A DNA stretch of 64,000 bases from Thermoproteota archaeon (GCA_013153895.1 JAADDN010000168.1:17049-81048); one strand, 5' to 3'. Shown: positions 27,370 to 36,933, counted from the first letter of the stretch. The notes: generated from the letters alone by a model not told the origin. Made by a program: numbers and translations.

Positions 27370-28206
27370 TTACTTGAGTTCTCTCTTCACATGTTTTAGC
27401 ATCTGTCGAACTTTCTCTCTATTCGGCAGCTCATAGTTATGTTTTCTGCATTCTTCTTCTATGTATCTCCATACGTTATTTATCGAAATAGTCTCAATCC
27501 TTCTACCCTTACTTGTTAATTCCATTATTGCTGTCCTAAGAGCATTAAGAATCTCATGGTCAGGTAAGACATCTCTCTTCACCTCTTCAATTTTCTTTCC
27601 TTCTAGAGCATCTAGTAACAGTTTCCACTCGTTCCTGTTCTCCCACTTAATCTTAAGACCAATGAACCTCCTCTGATAAGCTCTCCTCAGACCAGGATAT
27701 CTTGAACTTCCAGTAAATCCATATAACTTGACTATTACTCCCTCTACCTTTCTACCAAGTTCATTCAGTTTCTTAACTGCGAAGTCTATTGCCTGTCTTA
27801 GATCATTAAATGTCCAGTATTCTACCACCTTAAGATCATCCCTTCTAAGATCATCAACATATCTCTCAAGAGGCTCTAGTGTATAGATATCAAATACGCG
27901 ATAATCATAATCACCTTCCCATCCCTCTCTAAAACCTGCTGGAGAGTTCTTTAGTCCACCAAACTCAAAATAGAAATCGTATCTAGACTTCAATATTTCT
28001 GGAAATCTTTCCCTGATAATTTTCATTAAGTTGTCTGGTATTGGATTTAGATTACGAGTATATAACATATCGCCAAATTTTAGAATATTCGCACCATCAT
28101 ACTTCGGCTCAACATATATAACATCAAGCCTTGACTCATTGTTAAGTACTGAATAGATTACCTTTACAAACTCCTTCGGGTTTAAAAGTTCAGGATACTT
28201 TCTCAT
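27370..28206 (-). CDS. ATP-dependent RNA ligase-like nucleotidyltransferase (minimal, no OB domain)
   Basis: Motif I EPKYDGANI (KxDG), III FYFEFGG, IIIa YRVFDIY, IV EGVIVKL, V IGLKIKW. The helical C-terminal 70 aa replace a DNA-ligase OB fold. Confidence 0.8.
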   Translation of the reverse strand: MRKYPELLNPKEFVKVIYSVLNNESRLDVIYVEPKYDGANILKFGDMLYTRNLNPIPDNLMKIIRERFPEILKSRYDFYFEFGGLKNSPAGFREGWEGDYDYRVFDIYTLEPLERYVDDLRRDDLKVVEYWTFNDLRQAIDFAVKKLNELGRKVEGVIVKLYGFTGSSRYPGLRRAYQRRFIGLKIKWENRNEWKLLLDALEGKKIEEVKRDVLPDHEILNALRTAIMELTSKGRRIETISINNVWRYIEEECRKHNYELPNREKVRQMLKHVKRELK

Positions 28207-28276
28207 GTTTCTATACTTCCCTGTTTCTAATATATTTCCTATATCATTTATAGTATATAATGTCTTCCATCATAGC

Positions 28277-28284
28277 TTTATAAG
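28277..28284 (+). promoter_or_regulatory. TATA box
   Basis: TTTATAAG centred 26 nt upstream of the ATG at 28306. Confidence 0.5.
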
Positions 28285-28305
28285 TCTAATAGTGTTAGAC
28301 TAGAT

Positions 28306-29376
28306 ATGAGTAGTAGAGAGATAATTAGAAAGATACGTGAACTATCTTACCCACCTAAACATGTTAATATAAATAATGGAAGATTTAACATTATAGAACT
28401 ATTAGACAAACATAATAAAGACCTAATAAATATTATAAACCCAATATTTGAATATATTGAAGAAAATATAGACAATATAGATAATCTATTACTAATGTTT
28501 AGAAACGGTACATATATGATAGAGATATTACATGATAATCCACTAACAGATATTGATAAAATAATTAACATGATAGGTAACAGATATGATATATATGTTA
28601 TATATGATAAATATATGACAAAGATATATGCAACACCGAGAAAATATGAAGAGACAGTAAAAATATTGAAAGAACTGTTAAACTATGGGAGACCATATGC
28701 ATTAGGCATAGAATATGGAGTGATACATTGTAGTCCACTTGTAACTACTAGAGAAAACATTAGAAATATTATACAGATTTTAAAGAAAGCTTACTCATAT
28801 ATGGACAAGTTATCAATATATGTTAGAGGAATATTAATAAATATATCATATATAACAGATATAGATGATATATTGAGACTAGTTGAGGAGATATGCAGGA
28901 CAGGTACATGTAATGAATCGAACATTATAGAGTTCATGTTCGAGGGAACAACAATAACTGAGGACAGTAAGATACGTGTATTACCACATGAACTGGTACA
29001 TAGATGTGTACAACTATTAGAAAGGTATAGAATACCAGTATTCAGAATATATCCACACACTGAGACAAGTGGATACGAGATATATATGATTGGGAGCGAG
29101 GAGATGCTAAGTAAAATACTGTCAGAGATTTCTAATATAACAGTAGTAAAAACATATGAGAAATATATTGGAAACATGAAGGAAACATATGTACTAGTTG
29201 GAGAAGATGAGAATCATGTTGAGAAAGTTAGAAGAGAATATGAAGAATATGAGAAGAAGTTTAAAGAGGAAATAATAAGAACAGCAGAAAAAGTGGCGAA
29301 GGAATATGGATGTTTTCAATATGATGAAGATATAGAGGAACTAGAAGACTATTTTAATGATGAAGAAGAGTGCTAG
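28306..29376 (+). CDS. Hypothetical protein with an acidic C-terminus
   Basis: ATG start with a TATA box at -26. 356 aa. No motif recognised. Confidence 0.8.
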   Translation: MSSREIIRKIRELSYPPKHVNINNGRFNIIELLDKHNKDLINIINPIFEYIEENIDNIDNLLLMFRNGTYMIEILHDNPLTDIDKIINMIGNRYDIYVIYDKYMTKIYATPRKYEETVKILKELLNYGRPYALGIEYGVIHCSPLVTTRENIRNIIQILKKAYSYMDKLSIYVRGILINISYITDIDDILRLVEEICRTGTCNESNIIEFMFEGTTITEDSKIRVLPHELVHRCVQLLERYRIPVFRIYPHTETSGYEIYMIGSEEMLSKILSEISNITVVKTYEKYIGNMKETYVLVGEDENHVEKVRREYEEYEKKFKEEIIRTAEKVAKEYGCFQYDEDIEELEDYFNDEEEC

Positions 29377-29380
29377 CATA

Positions 29381-29923
29381 CTAGCCAATCAGCTTTTCAA
29401 GTATGCATTCTCTAAACATCTCATATTTCTCTTCTACTTCTTCAGTACTGATCTTCTTCCATAATTCTACCAGGAGGTAGTATGTTCCCTGGTTGAACCA
29501 TTTAACTTCCAGCTTCTCTGGTGCCTCAATTATTGGGTATGTATGTACACAGTTTCCTTCTTCCATACATTTCTCAATTTCTCTTAACCACTGTATGAAT
29601 TCTTTTACAAGTTCTTCACTTATTCCAACATATCTGTCTCCGTCATATGCATATGCTAGTATTCCGCAATATTTTTCTGTCACTGCATCAATTATGAAGA
29701 ATAGTGCATTATGTCTAACCTTTCTAGCATATATCTCAACATTGTCTAAATATACTACGCCATCATGTACTTCACATGTTTTTACTCCATTAATGTATAT
29801 GTTTATCCAGTCCTTATAGAACTCTATTACTATATCATCAAATCTTAATCTTCTTGTAATAGTTGGAACATATTCTCCTTTCTCTATTCTCCATAATGCT
29901 ATTGCCCAGTTGCTTAGCGCCAT
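29381..29923 (-). CDS. Hypothetical protein
   Basis: ATG start, 180 aa. Confidence 0.8.
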   Translation of the reverse strand: MALSNWAIALWRIEKGEYVPTITRRLRFDDIVIEFYKDWINIYINGVKTCEVHDGVVYLDNVEIYARKVRHNALFFIIDAVTEKYCGILAYAYDGDRYVGISEELVKEFIQWLREIEKCMEEGNCVHTYPIIEAPEKLEVKWFNQGTYYLLVELWKKISTEEVEEKYEMFRECILEKLIG

Positions 29924-29943
29924 GTATCTATCTGTCTACTATG

Positions 29944-29951
29944 TTTATAAG
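29944..29951 (+). promoter_or_regulatory. TATA box
   Basis: TTTATAAG centred 26 nt upstream of the ATG at 29973. It is the same octamer as at 28277. Confidence 0.5.
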
Positions 29952-29972
29952 GATATTACATCTAGTAGAAAT

Positions 29973-30617
29973 ATGATGAGATCGATAGCTGGATTATTAG
30001 ATAGTGAGAAGATAGATTCATCCACTGTTAGACCTGTATCTGATCTTTTTGAGAGGATAGTTGAGAAGCTTGAGAATGAGAAGGTGCTACGTACTAGGAG
30101 GGCTATTGTGAAGATATGTTATAATGATTATGATTTTAATAATTTTGAGATAGATTATAGTCCTATAAATATTGAGAAGCTTGTAACAGATATGGGAAAA
30201 AGTATTCATAGTATAGGAATGTTTCTTCTCGATTATGATCTCTATATGATGATGTATAGTATAGACCTTTTAAAGATATTGAATACTAATTTTGAGATAT
30301 GGTCATCATATGTTTTAATGAGCATAGATGAAGCATGTAGAATGATGTTAGATATAGTAGAGAAGTATGAGAATATTAGAACAATACATGCAGGAACAGG
30401 AACAGCAGTACGTCCATGTATGAGACTAGTATCAATATATAGGACAGTTAGAGACCTAGAATATGAAATAGAGAAGAGCACAGGAAAGAAGCTGTTAAAC
30501 ATAGAGAAGAAACTTGAGAATATTGATATAGTAGAGATGAGGAACAGTATGATAATAGTAAGAGCTGAAAATCCTAGAGAATATTTCGAAAAATTCTACA
30601 TGAAGATACTATCCTAG
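29973..30617 (+). CDS. Hypothetical protein
   Basis: The track ORF starts at TTG 29910 and overlaps the divergent gene. I prefer the ATG at 29973 (MMRSIAGLL...) because of the TATA position. Confidence 0.7.
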   Translation: MMRSIAGLLDSEKIDSSTVRPVSDLFERIVEKLENEKVLRTRRAIVKICYNDYDFNNFEIDYSPINIEKLVTDMGKSIHSIGMFLLDYDLYMMMYSIDLLKILNTNFEIWSSYVLMSIDEACRMMLDIVEKYENIRTIHAGTGTAVRPCMRLVSIYRTVRDLEYEIEKSTGKKLLNIEKKLENIDIVEMRNSMIIVRAENPREYFEKFYMKILS

Positions 30618-32632
30618 CTAGAATTACTTCTCTTACCGTTAAACTTTCTTAGAGCTCTCAATAGCTCTCTTATTCCAGTCTCAACATCTTCAGTATTTAT
30701 ACTAGTCATATAGATGAACAGCTGATCAAGCCCGAAAGACAACCTCTTCTTCACAAGCTTCTCAAGGTTCTCTCTCCTAAACATCACCTCTACAAACTTA
30801 GCTACGTACCTTGGATCACTATCTCTCAGCAGTCTTCTATAGCTCTTAAATATATTCACCAGTACCTCACCAATCCTATCATACTCCTGATCAATTAATC
30901 CCTCCCTCGCTAGTGATCTCATGATCTGTGCACCCTTTCTACATGTCTCTGCTAGCTGGTCAGCTGGTAGGATATCGGGGTTATAGAGCGCGTATAGGAC
31001 AGCATCAATATCAGGCTCAACAAGCTGCTCAATTCTGGCATTAAACTTCTTAGCAATCCTCTCAACAAGATAAAGCTTTGTTGAACTATCCTCCTCTATG
31101 TCTCGTATATAGATCTCCGCCTCAGGAACATAATACTCAAATGGCGGTGCCTTGCACAGTATCTTCTTCTCATCAAACATTTTCTCCACAGTCCAAACCT
31201 TCTGTAACAGGTAAGATACTGCTAGTACAAATGCTAGTGCAGACTCTATTCTGGACTCCCTGTTCAGATTCTCAAGCTCCTTCCAGTAACCATAGTTGAA
31301 ATAGAAGTCGAAGAGCGGGAAGAGGTATGACGGAACGTACTCTCTCGCTAGTACCCTCCCAAGAGGAGTCAGCTTGTTCTCCTCGTCTATTAGCCTAAGT
31401 TTCTTACAGATCTCAACTCCCGTAGAAAGCTCTGACTTATCTATGAACGGTGGAGCATATCTGACCCATATGTCAATGCTTTTTCCACTGTATGCTAAAC
31501 GTATTGGAAGTACATAATAGTCACCTAATGTTTCTAACCTACCATAAATCCTCTCTAGTGCCCTATTCACAACATCTTCCTCATCTGATGTATATATTAT
31601 GAATCCGTAGCCAACGTTCCAATATCCTGGACGTCCAGCCCTACCCAATACCTGCTGTATCACTGCAGGCTCAATATACTTGACCTCGCCTGGCAGAAAG
31701 AGCTTCAATCCAAGTACTATCACTGTCCTGAAACTGAAGTTGACTGACTGAGATAGCGTGTCAGTAGCAATAATGATCCTATACTTAGGCTCAAGCTTCT
31801 TAAGCTCGTTCTCGATCTCCCTCCTCTTATTAGTTGGTAGCCCAGCATGATGATGAACTATTTCTTCTTCACTTACCCATCCAATCCTATCACATGCTTT
31901 TCTCAATCTCTCAGCAATCTTCTCAGCCATTCTACGACATGGTACATATATTAGTATTGGCGTATATGACCTATCAAGCCTCTTCAACAGTGAAATAAGT
32001 ACCTCATATTTCGTGTTATAGTAAGGCTCAGCTCCTCTACCAAACACGTTTCCACTCATGGGAACCTTCTCTATCCTCAGCTCAACAGGTCTACCATCTA
32101 GAGCAATGACCTCAGCGTTCAGATACTTTTTCAATTCTTCGATCATTGGCATTGTTGCTGATAACATGACTATTCTAGTCCTAGCTCTCTCACTAATCAT
32201 CTTCAAGTGACATAAAATGTCGATTATAGCTGTAGCACGTTCAGGAAACAGTATATTATGAGCCTCGTCTAGGATAATTATAGAATCGTTAAGTATTTCA
32301 TGAAACATCATGATAATAGAGTCAGCACGCTCATACGTTGTAACGATAACAGGTTTAGACCATGTTACATCGAGACGCCAGTTAGGGTCTAAACGTGCGT
32401 CCGAAGTATCAACACCAACATTGTTAGGACCAGCAATTGAACGAGCAGTACGAGCAATATCATCACATGCAGCACGAGTAGGAGCAAGAATAATAATACG
32501 AGAATATTTACCCTCCTGAACAAGCTTCCAAGCAGAGGAAATAGAGTTATATGTTTTTCCAGAACCAGTAGGAGCAATAATGAGGAGGTTAGAAGATTCG
32601 AGAATTTTTGGATCAATTTTTATGAAGACCAT
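30614..32632 (-). CDS. Ski2/Hel308-like SF2 helicase
   Basis: APTGSGKT, ILDEAHNI (DEAH), LSATMP, HHAGLP, ATDTLSQSVNF, QVLGRAGRPGY. Confidence 0.85.
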   Translation of the reverse strand: MVFIKIDPKILESSNLLIIAPTGSGKTYNSISSAWKLVQEGKYSRIIILAPTRAACDDIARTARSIAGPNNVGVDTSDARLDPNWRLDVTWSKPVIVTTYERADSIIMMFHEILNDSIIILDEAHNILFPERATAIIDILCHLKMISERARTRIVMLSATMPMIEELKKYLNAEVIALDGRPVELRIEKVPMSGNVFGRGAEPYYNTKYEVLISLLKRLDRSYTPILIYVPCRRMAEKIAERLRKACDRIGWVSEEEIVHHHAGLPTNKRREIENELKKLEPKYRIIIATDTLSQSVNFSFRTVIVLGLKLFLPGEVKYIEPAVIQQVLGRAGRPGYWNVGYGFIIYTSDEEDVVNRALERIYGRLETLGDYYVLPIRLAYSGKSIDIWVRYAPPFIDKSELSTGVEICKKLRLIDEENKLTPLGRVLAREYVPSYLFPLFDFYFNYGYWKELENLNRESRIESALAFVLAVSYLLQKVWTVEKMFDEKKILCKAPPFEYYVPEAEIYIRDIEEDSSTKLYLVERIAKKFNARIEQLVEPDIDAVLYALYNPDILPADQLAETCRKGAQIMRSLAREGLIDQEYDRIGEVLVNIFKSYRRLLRDSDPRYVAKFVEVMFRRENLEKLVKKRLSFGLDQLFIYMTSINTEDVETGIRELLRALRKFNGKRSNSS

Positions 32633-32676
32633 GTGAGAGAGAAAACTATCTAATGTATAAGCCTATAATCATTAAA

Positions 32677-33150
32677 CTATATAATATGGTCAACATGTTT
32701 CATAACTTCTCTACATGCTTTCATGAACTTTTCCACATGATATACATATCCTTCAATTGATGATAATATACTCTTCTTAACTTCTTCATATTCTTTATCA
32801 ATGTTTGATACATAGTACATGAAGTTTTTCTTAATATCGCTATATACTGTAATGCATAGCATTACACGTTTACGAGATCTCAACCTACTATATGATGATA
32901 CTATCATTATGGGCAGTATAGTGATATCTCTTCCAGTAACTACACGATAGATAAGTCTGAACATGTAGATGTTTCTCTCGGTCTCCTCCAGATAGTCTGG
33001 CAAAGACTCTATTAATGATTTCACTATCTTTCTATTCTTCTCATCTATATTGCTTATAATATCACTTATAGCCGTCTCTAATGGTCTGCTAATTTTTACA
33101 GCAACTACTTTGTTTTCCAGGCTATGTTCACATTCTATTCTTATGATCAT
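32677..33150 (-). CDS. Hypothetical protein
   Basis: ATG start, 157 aa. Confidence 0.75.
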   Translation of the reverse strand: MIIRIECEHSLENKVVAVKISRPLETAISDIISNIDEKNRKIVKSLIESLPDYLEETERNIYMFRLIYRVVTGRDITILPIMIVSSYSRLRSRKRVMLCITVYSDIKKNFMYYVSNIDKEYEEVKKSILSSIEGYVYHVEKFMKACREVMKHVDHII

Positions 33151-33200
33151 GATGTTCTAGAGGTATTAGGTATTTAAGAGAGTGATAGAACATGTATATA

Positions 33201-33800
33201 TTATTTATCTTCCTCTTCACCTTCCTTTAACGCTTCCTTAAGCTCGTTAATTAGACGGCTCAAGCTGGCACGCATGTTTTCTAACCTTGTCATCATCTCG
33301 GATACTGCCTCTCTTACATTGCTCATGTCTCTGCTCACGGATACTAGCTTGCTTATCGTGTCCTCTGTAAGATTTATCAGTCGATTGACCTCGCTGTTTG
33401 CCTGTTCTATTCTACTGTTTATACTGTTTACAGCATCTACAAGCTTGTTCATTACCATACTAATCTTCTCATCTATGACCTTAGAAACCACTCCTATAAT
33501 CCCTTTAACAATATTGTTCAGTACCTCATTAGTAATTGACTCTAGAACCGTTTTAATACTTGCACGTATAGTATTCTCAACAATCATATAGTGGAAATTT
33601 GACTCTACCTGGCTGAGCCTGCTGTTCAAGTTTGCGATAACTATCTCATGCCTATTTAAGATATCTATAACATCGTTCAACTTCTTCTCAACTAGGCTGA
33701 ACTTTTCATTAATATATTTCTCTATGGCTGGTGCAATAATTGCAACTATCTTATTTATCTCATCAGGAAGAGGCTCGGGAGGAGGAACATCATATGACAT
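33201..33800 (-). CDS. Long alpha-helical/coiled-coil protein
   Basis: ATG start shares 1 nt with the upstream stop. Heptad-like N/S/V/I/E-rich sequence with an acidic tail. Confidence 0.8.
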   Translation of the reverse strand: MSYDVPPPEPLPDEINKIVAIIAPAIEKYINEKFSLVEKKLNDVIDILNRHEIVIANLNSRLSQVESNFHYMIVENTIRASIKTVLESITNEVLNNIVKGIIGVVSKVIDEKISMVMNKLVDAVNSINSRIEQANSEVNRLINLTEDTISKLVSVSRDMSNVREAVSEMMTRLENMRASLSRLINELKEALKEGEEEDK

Positions 33801-34189
33801 TACCTTTCACCTCTATTTCCGCTCCTATATACTCTTCTAATAGAGAACATCAGTATCTCACTGCTAGTAGAATCATCAGGTCTAGCATTTACATCTGCCC
33901 CCTTGCTCTTTAACTGGCTGATCATATTCATTATCGATTCAACATCTATAAACTTTCTACTCTTCTTCATCTCCTTCTCCATCTCTATCCTATACTCAAG
34001 ATCTAGAAAGTAGAGTATAAGTATTGTGGATACTGCACTAGCAAAAGTAATGATCATTATAGGAACAAGCAGGCTAGCATGACCAGCAGCCATGCTTGCT
34101 AGACCATATACAAGAGCAACATATGATGTTACACCTACAATAACTATAGATATTGCAGCTACTAGTATTATCCTAAGGTTCAGCTTCAT
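33800..34189 (-). CDS. Small 2-TM membrane protein
   Basis: The track ORF starts at TTG 34258. The in-frame ATG at 34189 (MKLNLRIILVAAIS...) removes the overlap with the divergent gene. Confidence 0.7.
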   Translation of the reverse strand: MKLNLRIILVAAISIVIVGVTSYVALVYGLASMAAGHASLLVPIMIITFASAVSTILILYFLDLEYRIEMEKEMKKSRKFIDVESIMNMISQLKSKGADVNARPDDSTSSEILMFSIRRVYRSGNRGER

Positions 34190-34219
34190 AAATAGGGTAG
34201 AAATATTAGAAATATAACC

Positions 34220-34966
34220 ATGTCTCTCAGAGAGGATAGAGATCAGAGAGATCCTCAACGTGCTGAGAGAGAGTTTGAGAGGATGCTTGAGATGGCTAGG
34301 ATAGGTAGGAAGATAATGATAGTATTAGTAATATTCCAGGGAATATATGTAATATGTCAGCTATTTCATATAAATATTTACCAGCTCTTCACCCTGGCAA
34401 GACATGTAAACATTATAAGGATCATAAGAGAGAACAAGTGGCTTCAGCCATATATAGATTTCAGCCTATGGCTGCTGATGATCATTGACCTAGCAATATG
34501 TAATCGAGCTTCAATATTCGAGAAGATGAGTCCAAGAACAGTCTTCCCAATCATAGTTATCGGTCTCTTCCTGTCAATGCTCTCAATGATGTATAGTATC
34601 ACTCCGATGAATCTGATCCTCTTCATAATATATCTAGTCTCGCTAATATATCTGCTGTCTGGGAAGGTAAGCATAGTAGAGCTCCATAGGACAGCTACAG
34701 TTGAGAGGAGGAGATCAGTTCTTAAGAGTCCAGAAACTGTACTTGAGCTCTCTTATCCTGCGTGTATAGCTTATAGTGAGGAGAACCGCAAGTATCATTC
34801 CAGTAGTTCCGAGACAGGTAGAGGTTATGGCATATATCCCATCGCTGATTATGGCAGTGAGAATAAACATGGCAGAGACATAGTATACTATGGCTATGAT
34901 TATTCTAGCACAGGTAACAATCTCAAAACTGTTAAGAATTGGGAGAATAGTATACCACCATCTTAA
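34220..34966 (+). CDS. Multi-pass membrane protein whose 3' end overlaps the convergent gene
   Basis: ATG with CATAAATAGG about 30 nt upstream. Four hydrophobic segments. The last 84 codons or so overlap 34715-35140(-) and have atypical S/G/Y-rich composition. Confidence 0.55.
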   Translation: MSLREDRDQRDPQRAEREFERMLEMARIGRKIMIVLVIFQGIYVICQLFHINIYQLFTLARHVNIIRIIRENKWLQPYIDFSLWLLMIIDLAICNRASIFEKMSPRTVFPIIVIGLFLSMLSMMYSITPMNLILFIIYLVSLIYLLSGKVSIVELHRTATVERRRSVLKSPETVLELSYPACIAYSEENRKYHSSSSETGRGYGIYPIADYGSENKHGRDIVYYGYDYSSTGNNLKTVKNWENSIPPS

Positions 34967-35140
34967 CCATATTAATACGAACATTATTATAAACGTTAGA
35001 ACAGTGAAAACATATGCTATAGGGTTACCATATATGAAAAATATTCCACTACTCATAGAGAGAAGAGAAGTAAGAAAAGCGAGAACACTCATAAAATTCA
35101 TAACCTCGCGCCTGAGCTCCAGATAGCTCTGGCTAACCAT
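34715..35140 (-). CDS. 4-TM membrane protein with a YSFWTLKN C-terminus
   Basis: ATG start and four clear hydrophobic helices. The tail resembles the RYWxxRE family. Confidence 0.7.
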   Translation of the reverse strand: MVSQSYLELRREVMNFMSVLAFLTSLLSMSSGIFFIYGNPIAYVFTVLTFIIMFVLIWLRWWYTILPILNSFEIVTCARIIIAIVYYVSAMFILTAIISDGIYAITSTCLGTTGMILAVLLTISYTRRIRELKYSFWTLKN

Positions 35141-35167
35141 TAAAATCTTTATAGAGATCAGAAATAT

Positions 35168-35497
35168 ATGATTAACCTAGTCATCCTCATATCCATCATC
35201 TTCACATATATTCTAATCCACATAATGATACATGAGTTCTCACTATATTATCCGAACATTCTTAGAAAGATTGGACTCTTCCTCTCACTTATAAGCGATA
35301 TAGTTTTTCTCTACTCACCAATGATTGGACTAGGAATATATCTTATAGTAGTTGCAATATGTTTAAACTGTTTTGAAACATGGTTAAAATATTTAATATT
35401 GATAAAGCTTGGATACCTAGTATGTCCACTTTTCCTGCTCGTCCCTACAGTCCTAATATACGTAATTATATACCTAGCAGAAAGATGTTCAGGATAG
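35168..35497 (+). CDS. 3-TM membrane protein
   Basis: ATG start, hydrophobic throughout. Confidence 0.7.
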   Translation: MINLVILISIIFTYILIHIMIHEFSLYYPNILRKIGLFLSLISDIVFLYSPMIGLGIYLIVVAICLNCFETWLKYLILIKLGYLVCPLFLLVPTVLIYVIIYLAERCSG

Positions 35498-35733
35498 AGA
35501 ACGAGAACATACACCTCTCATACCATTTCTGCCCCGATACAGATACACGTATCCTCGACCTATATAGGGACAGTGAACATGTTGCGAGAATAGTATCAGG
35601 ATATATTATCAAGATGGAGGGAGAGGCAGACGGAGTAGAGACATACTCTACAAATCTTGAGAAAAGTACAGGACAGTGGACACTGACCATAGTACGGTTA
35701 TATAATTTTAACGGGATCATAAGAATAGTATAA
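35485..35733 (+). CDS. Hypothetical 82-aa protein
   Basis: Internal ATG of track ORF 35380-35733, chosen because it overlaps the stop of the preceding gene (coupled). The N-terminal part of the track ORF lies inside 35168-35497. Confidence 0.5.
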   Translation: MFRIENENIHLSYHFCPDTDTRILDLYRDSEHVARIVSGYIIKMEGEADGVETYSTNLEKSTGQWTLTIVRLYNFNGIIRIV

Positions 35734-35734
35734 T

Positions 35735-36283
35735 ATGACCATTGCATGGGAGATAGTAGAAAGATGCGGAAGAGGACTAGAAAGATGTGCCATAAGACCT
35801 GTAGAGCTCAAGTACAGGCTCATAATATATCCATACGGGGAATCATACCTAGAATCAGCACCGAGAGTAGATCTAGGAGACCTCCATTATATTAGGTCCA
35901 GGATAAGACTGAGCGCAGACAGGGAAAGCATAGTAATAGAAGGAGCAGCAGAAGGTGTAGAAGTAGACGGAGCGTTCATACAGCCGAGAAAAGGAAGAGA
36001 AGAGCTATCTTTCAGAGAGGCATGTGTTAGGATAGGAGGAGAGTATGCACGTAGAGGAGAATACGAGATCTGTAGTATAAAGGGAGAGGTAACAATAGTA
36101 GAGGACTATGTAACAGATAGAGTAAGAATAGACAATATAGATATAGAGAACACTAGAACAGTAATAACTGAACATAGAGGAGAACTAGACCCATACTATC
36201 CAGAGAGAATCATTACACTAACATGTATAGACAAGCCATGTATAGTAGTTAAACATGGAGACAGAATAATAATACCAGAATAA
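35735..36283 (+). CDS. Hypothetical protein
   Basis: ATG 1 nt after the previous stop. 182 aa. Confidence 0.75.
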   Translation: MTIAWEIVERCGRGLERCAIRPVELKYRLIIYPYGESYLESAPRVDLGDLHYIRSRIRLSADRESIVIEGAAEGVEVDGAFIQPRKGREELSFREACVRIGGEYARRGEYEICSIKGEVTIVEDYVTDRVRIDNIDIENTRTVITEHRGELDPYYPERIITLTCIDKPCIVVKHGDRIIIPE

Positions 36284-36288
36284 TCTAC

Positions 36289-36296
36289 TTATAAAT
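36289..36296 (+). promoter_or_regulatory. TATA box inside a shared 14-mer
   Basis: TTATAAAT lies about 25 nt upstream of the ATG at 36317. ATAAATCAGATAGA (36291-36304) recurs at 42253-42266. Confidence 0.5.
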
Positions 36297-36316
36297 CAGA
36301 TAGACAATAATAAACC

Positions 36317-36724
36317 ATGTCACATACAGCGGAGATAAGAGTACGAGTAAAAATAACCAACATTTACGCACTGAAAGAAGCAATAAAAGCCGCATTCAGA
36401 GCAATACTACACCAGAATGTTGAAGTAAGAGAGGGAGGATACGTAACAGATCTATCAGGAAGAAAAACAAAAGTAGACCTAGTAGTACCATTTAAAGGAC
36501 CATTGAAAGCAAGAAACATAGGATTTAAAATAGAGAACGGTGAGCTAAAGATGGTATATGAAAGCATGATGATACCATATACAAAGGCGGAACAGCTTCT
36601 AAACGCTGTAAGAGACGCCTATACTGCATATATTGCTATGCAGGCACTGAAAAACATGGGATATAATGTAAAAGTAGACTATAGAAACGAGAGCTTTGAA
36701 ATAGTAGCAGAGTCGGTGATATGA
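36317..36724 (+). CDS. DUF1257 (Ycf35-like) family protein
   Basis: MSHTAEIRVRVKITNIYALKEAIKAA..., VREGGYVTDLSGRKTKVDLVV, NIGFKIENGELKMVYES and AYTAYIAMQALKNMGYNV follow the DUF1257 pattern as I recall it. Confidence 0.65.
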   Translation: MSHTAEIRVRVKITNIYALKEAIKAAFRAILHQNVEVREGGYVTDLSGRKTKVDLVVPFKGPLKARNIGFKIENGELKMVYESMMIPYTKAEQLLNAVRDAYTAYIAMQALKNMGYNVKVDYRNESFEIVAESVI

Positions 36725-36933
36725 TGACCAGGAGAATAATTATCAGAATAAAGGATGGTAAAGTAGACATGGACTTCCAGGGATTTATAGGACCATCATG
36801 TTTCAGAGAGCATGATAAGATCAGGCAGATACTGGAGAAGATGGGTATAAAATATGAGGACATTAAGACAAGAGAGAAACCAGAAGCAAAAATGACAGTA
36901 GGAGAGAAACATGACAGTTCAGTTAATTATTAG
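36721..36933 (+). CDS. DUF2997 family small protein
   Basis: ATGA coupling to the DUF1257 gene. RIIIRIKDGKVDMDFQGFIGPSCFREHDKIRQILEKMG fits the I.I..DG.V....G..G.sC......L pattern. Confidence 0.65.
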   Translation: MMTRRIIIRIKDGKVDMDFQGFIGPSCFREHDKIRQILEKMGIKYEDIKTREKPEAKMTVGEKHDSSVNY

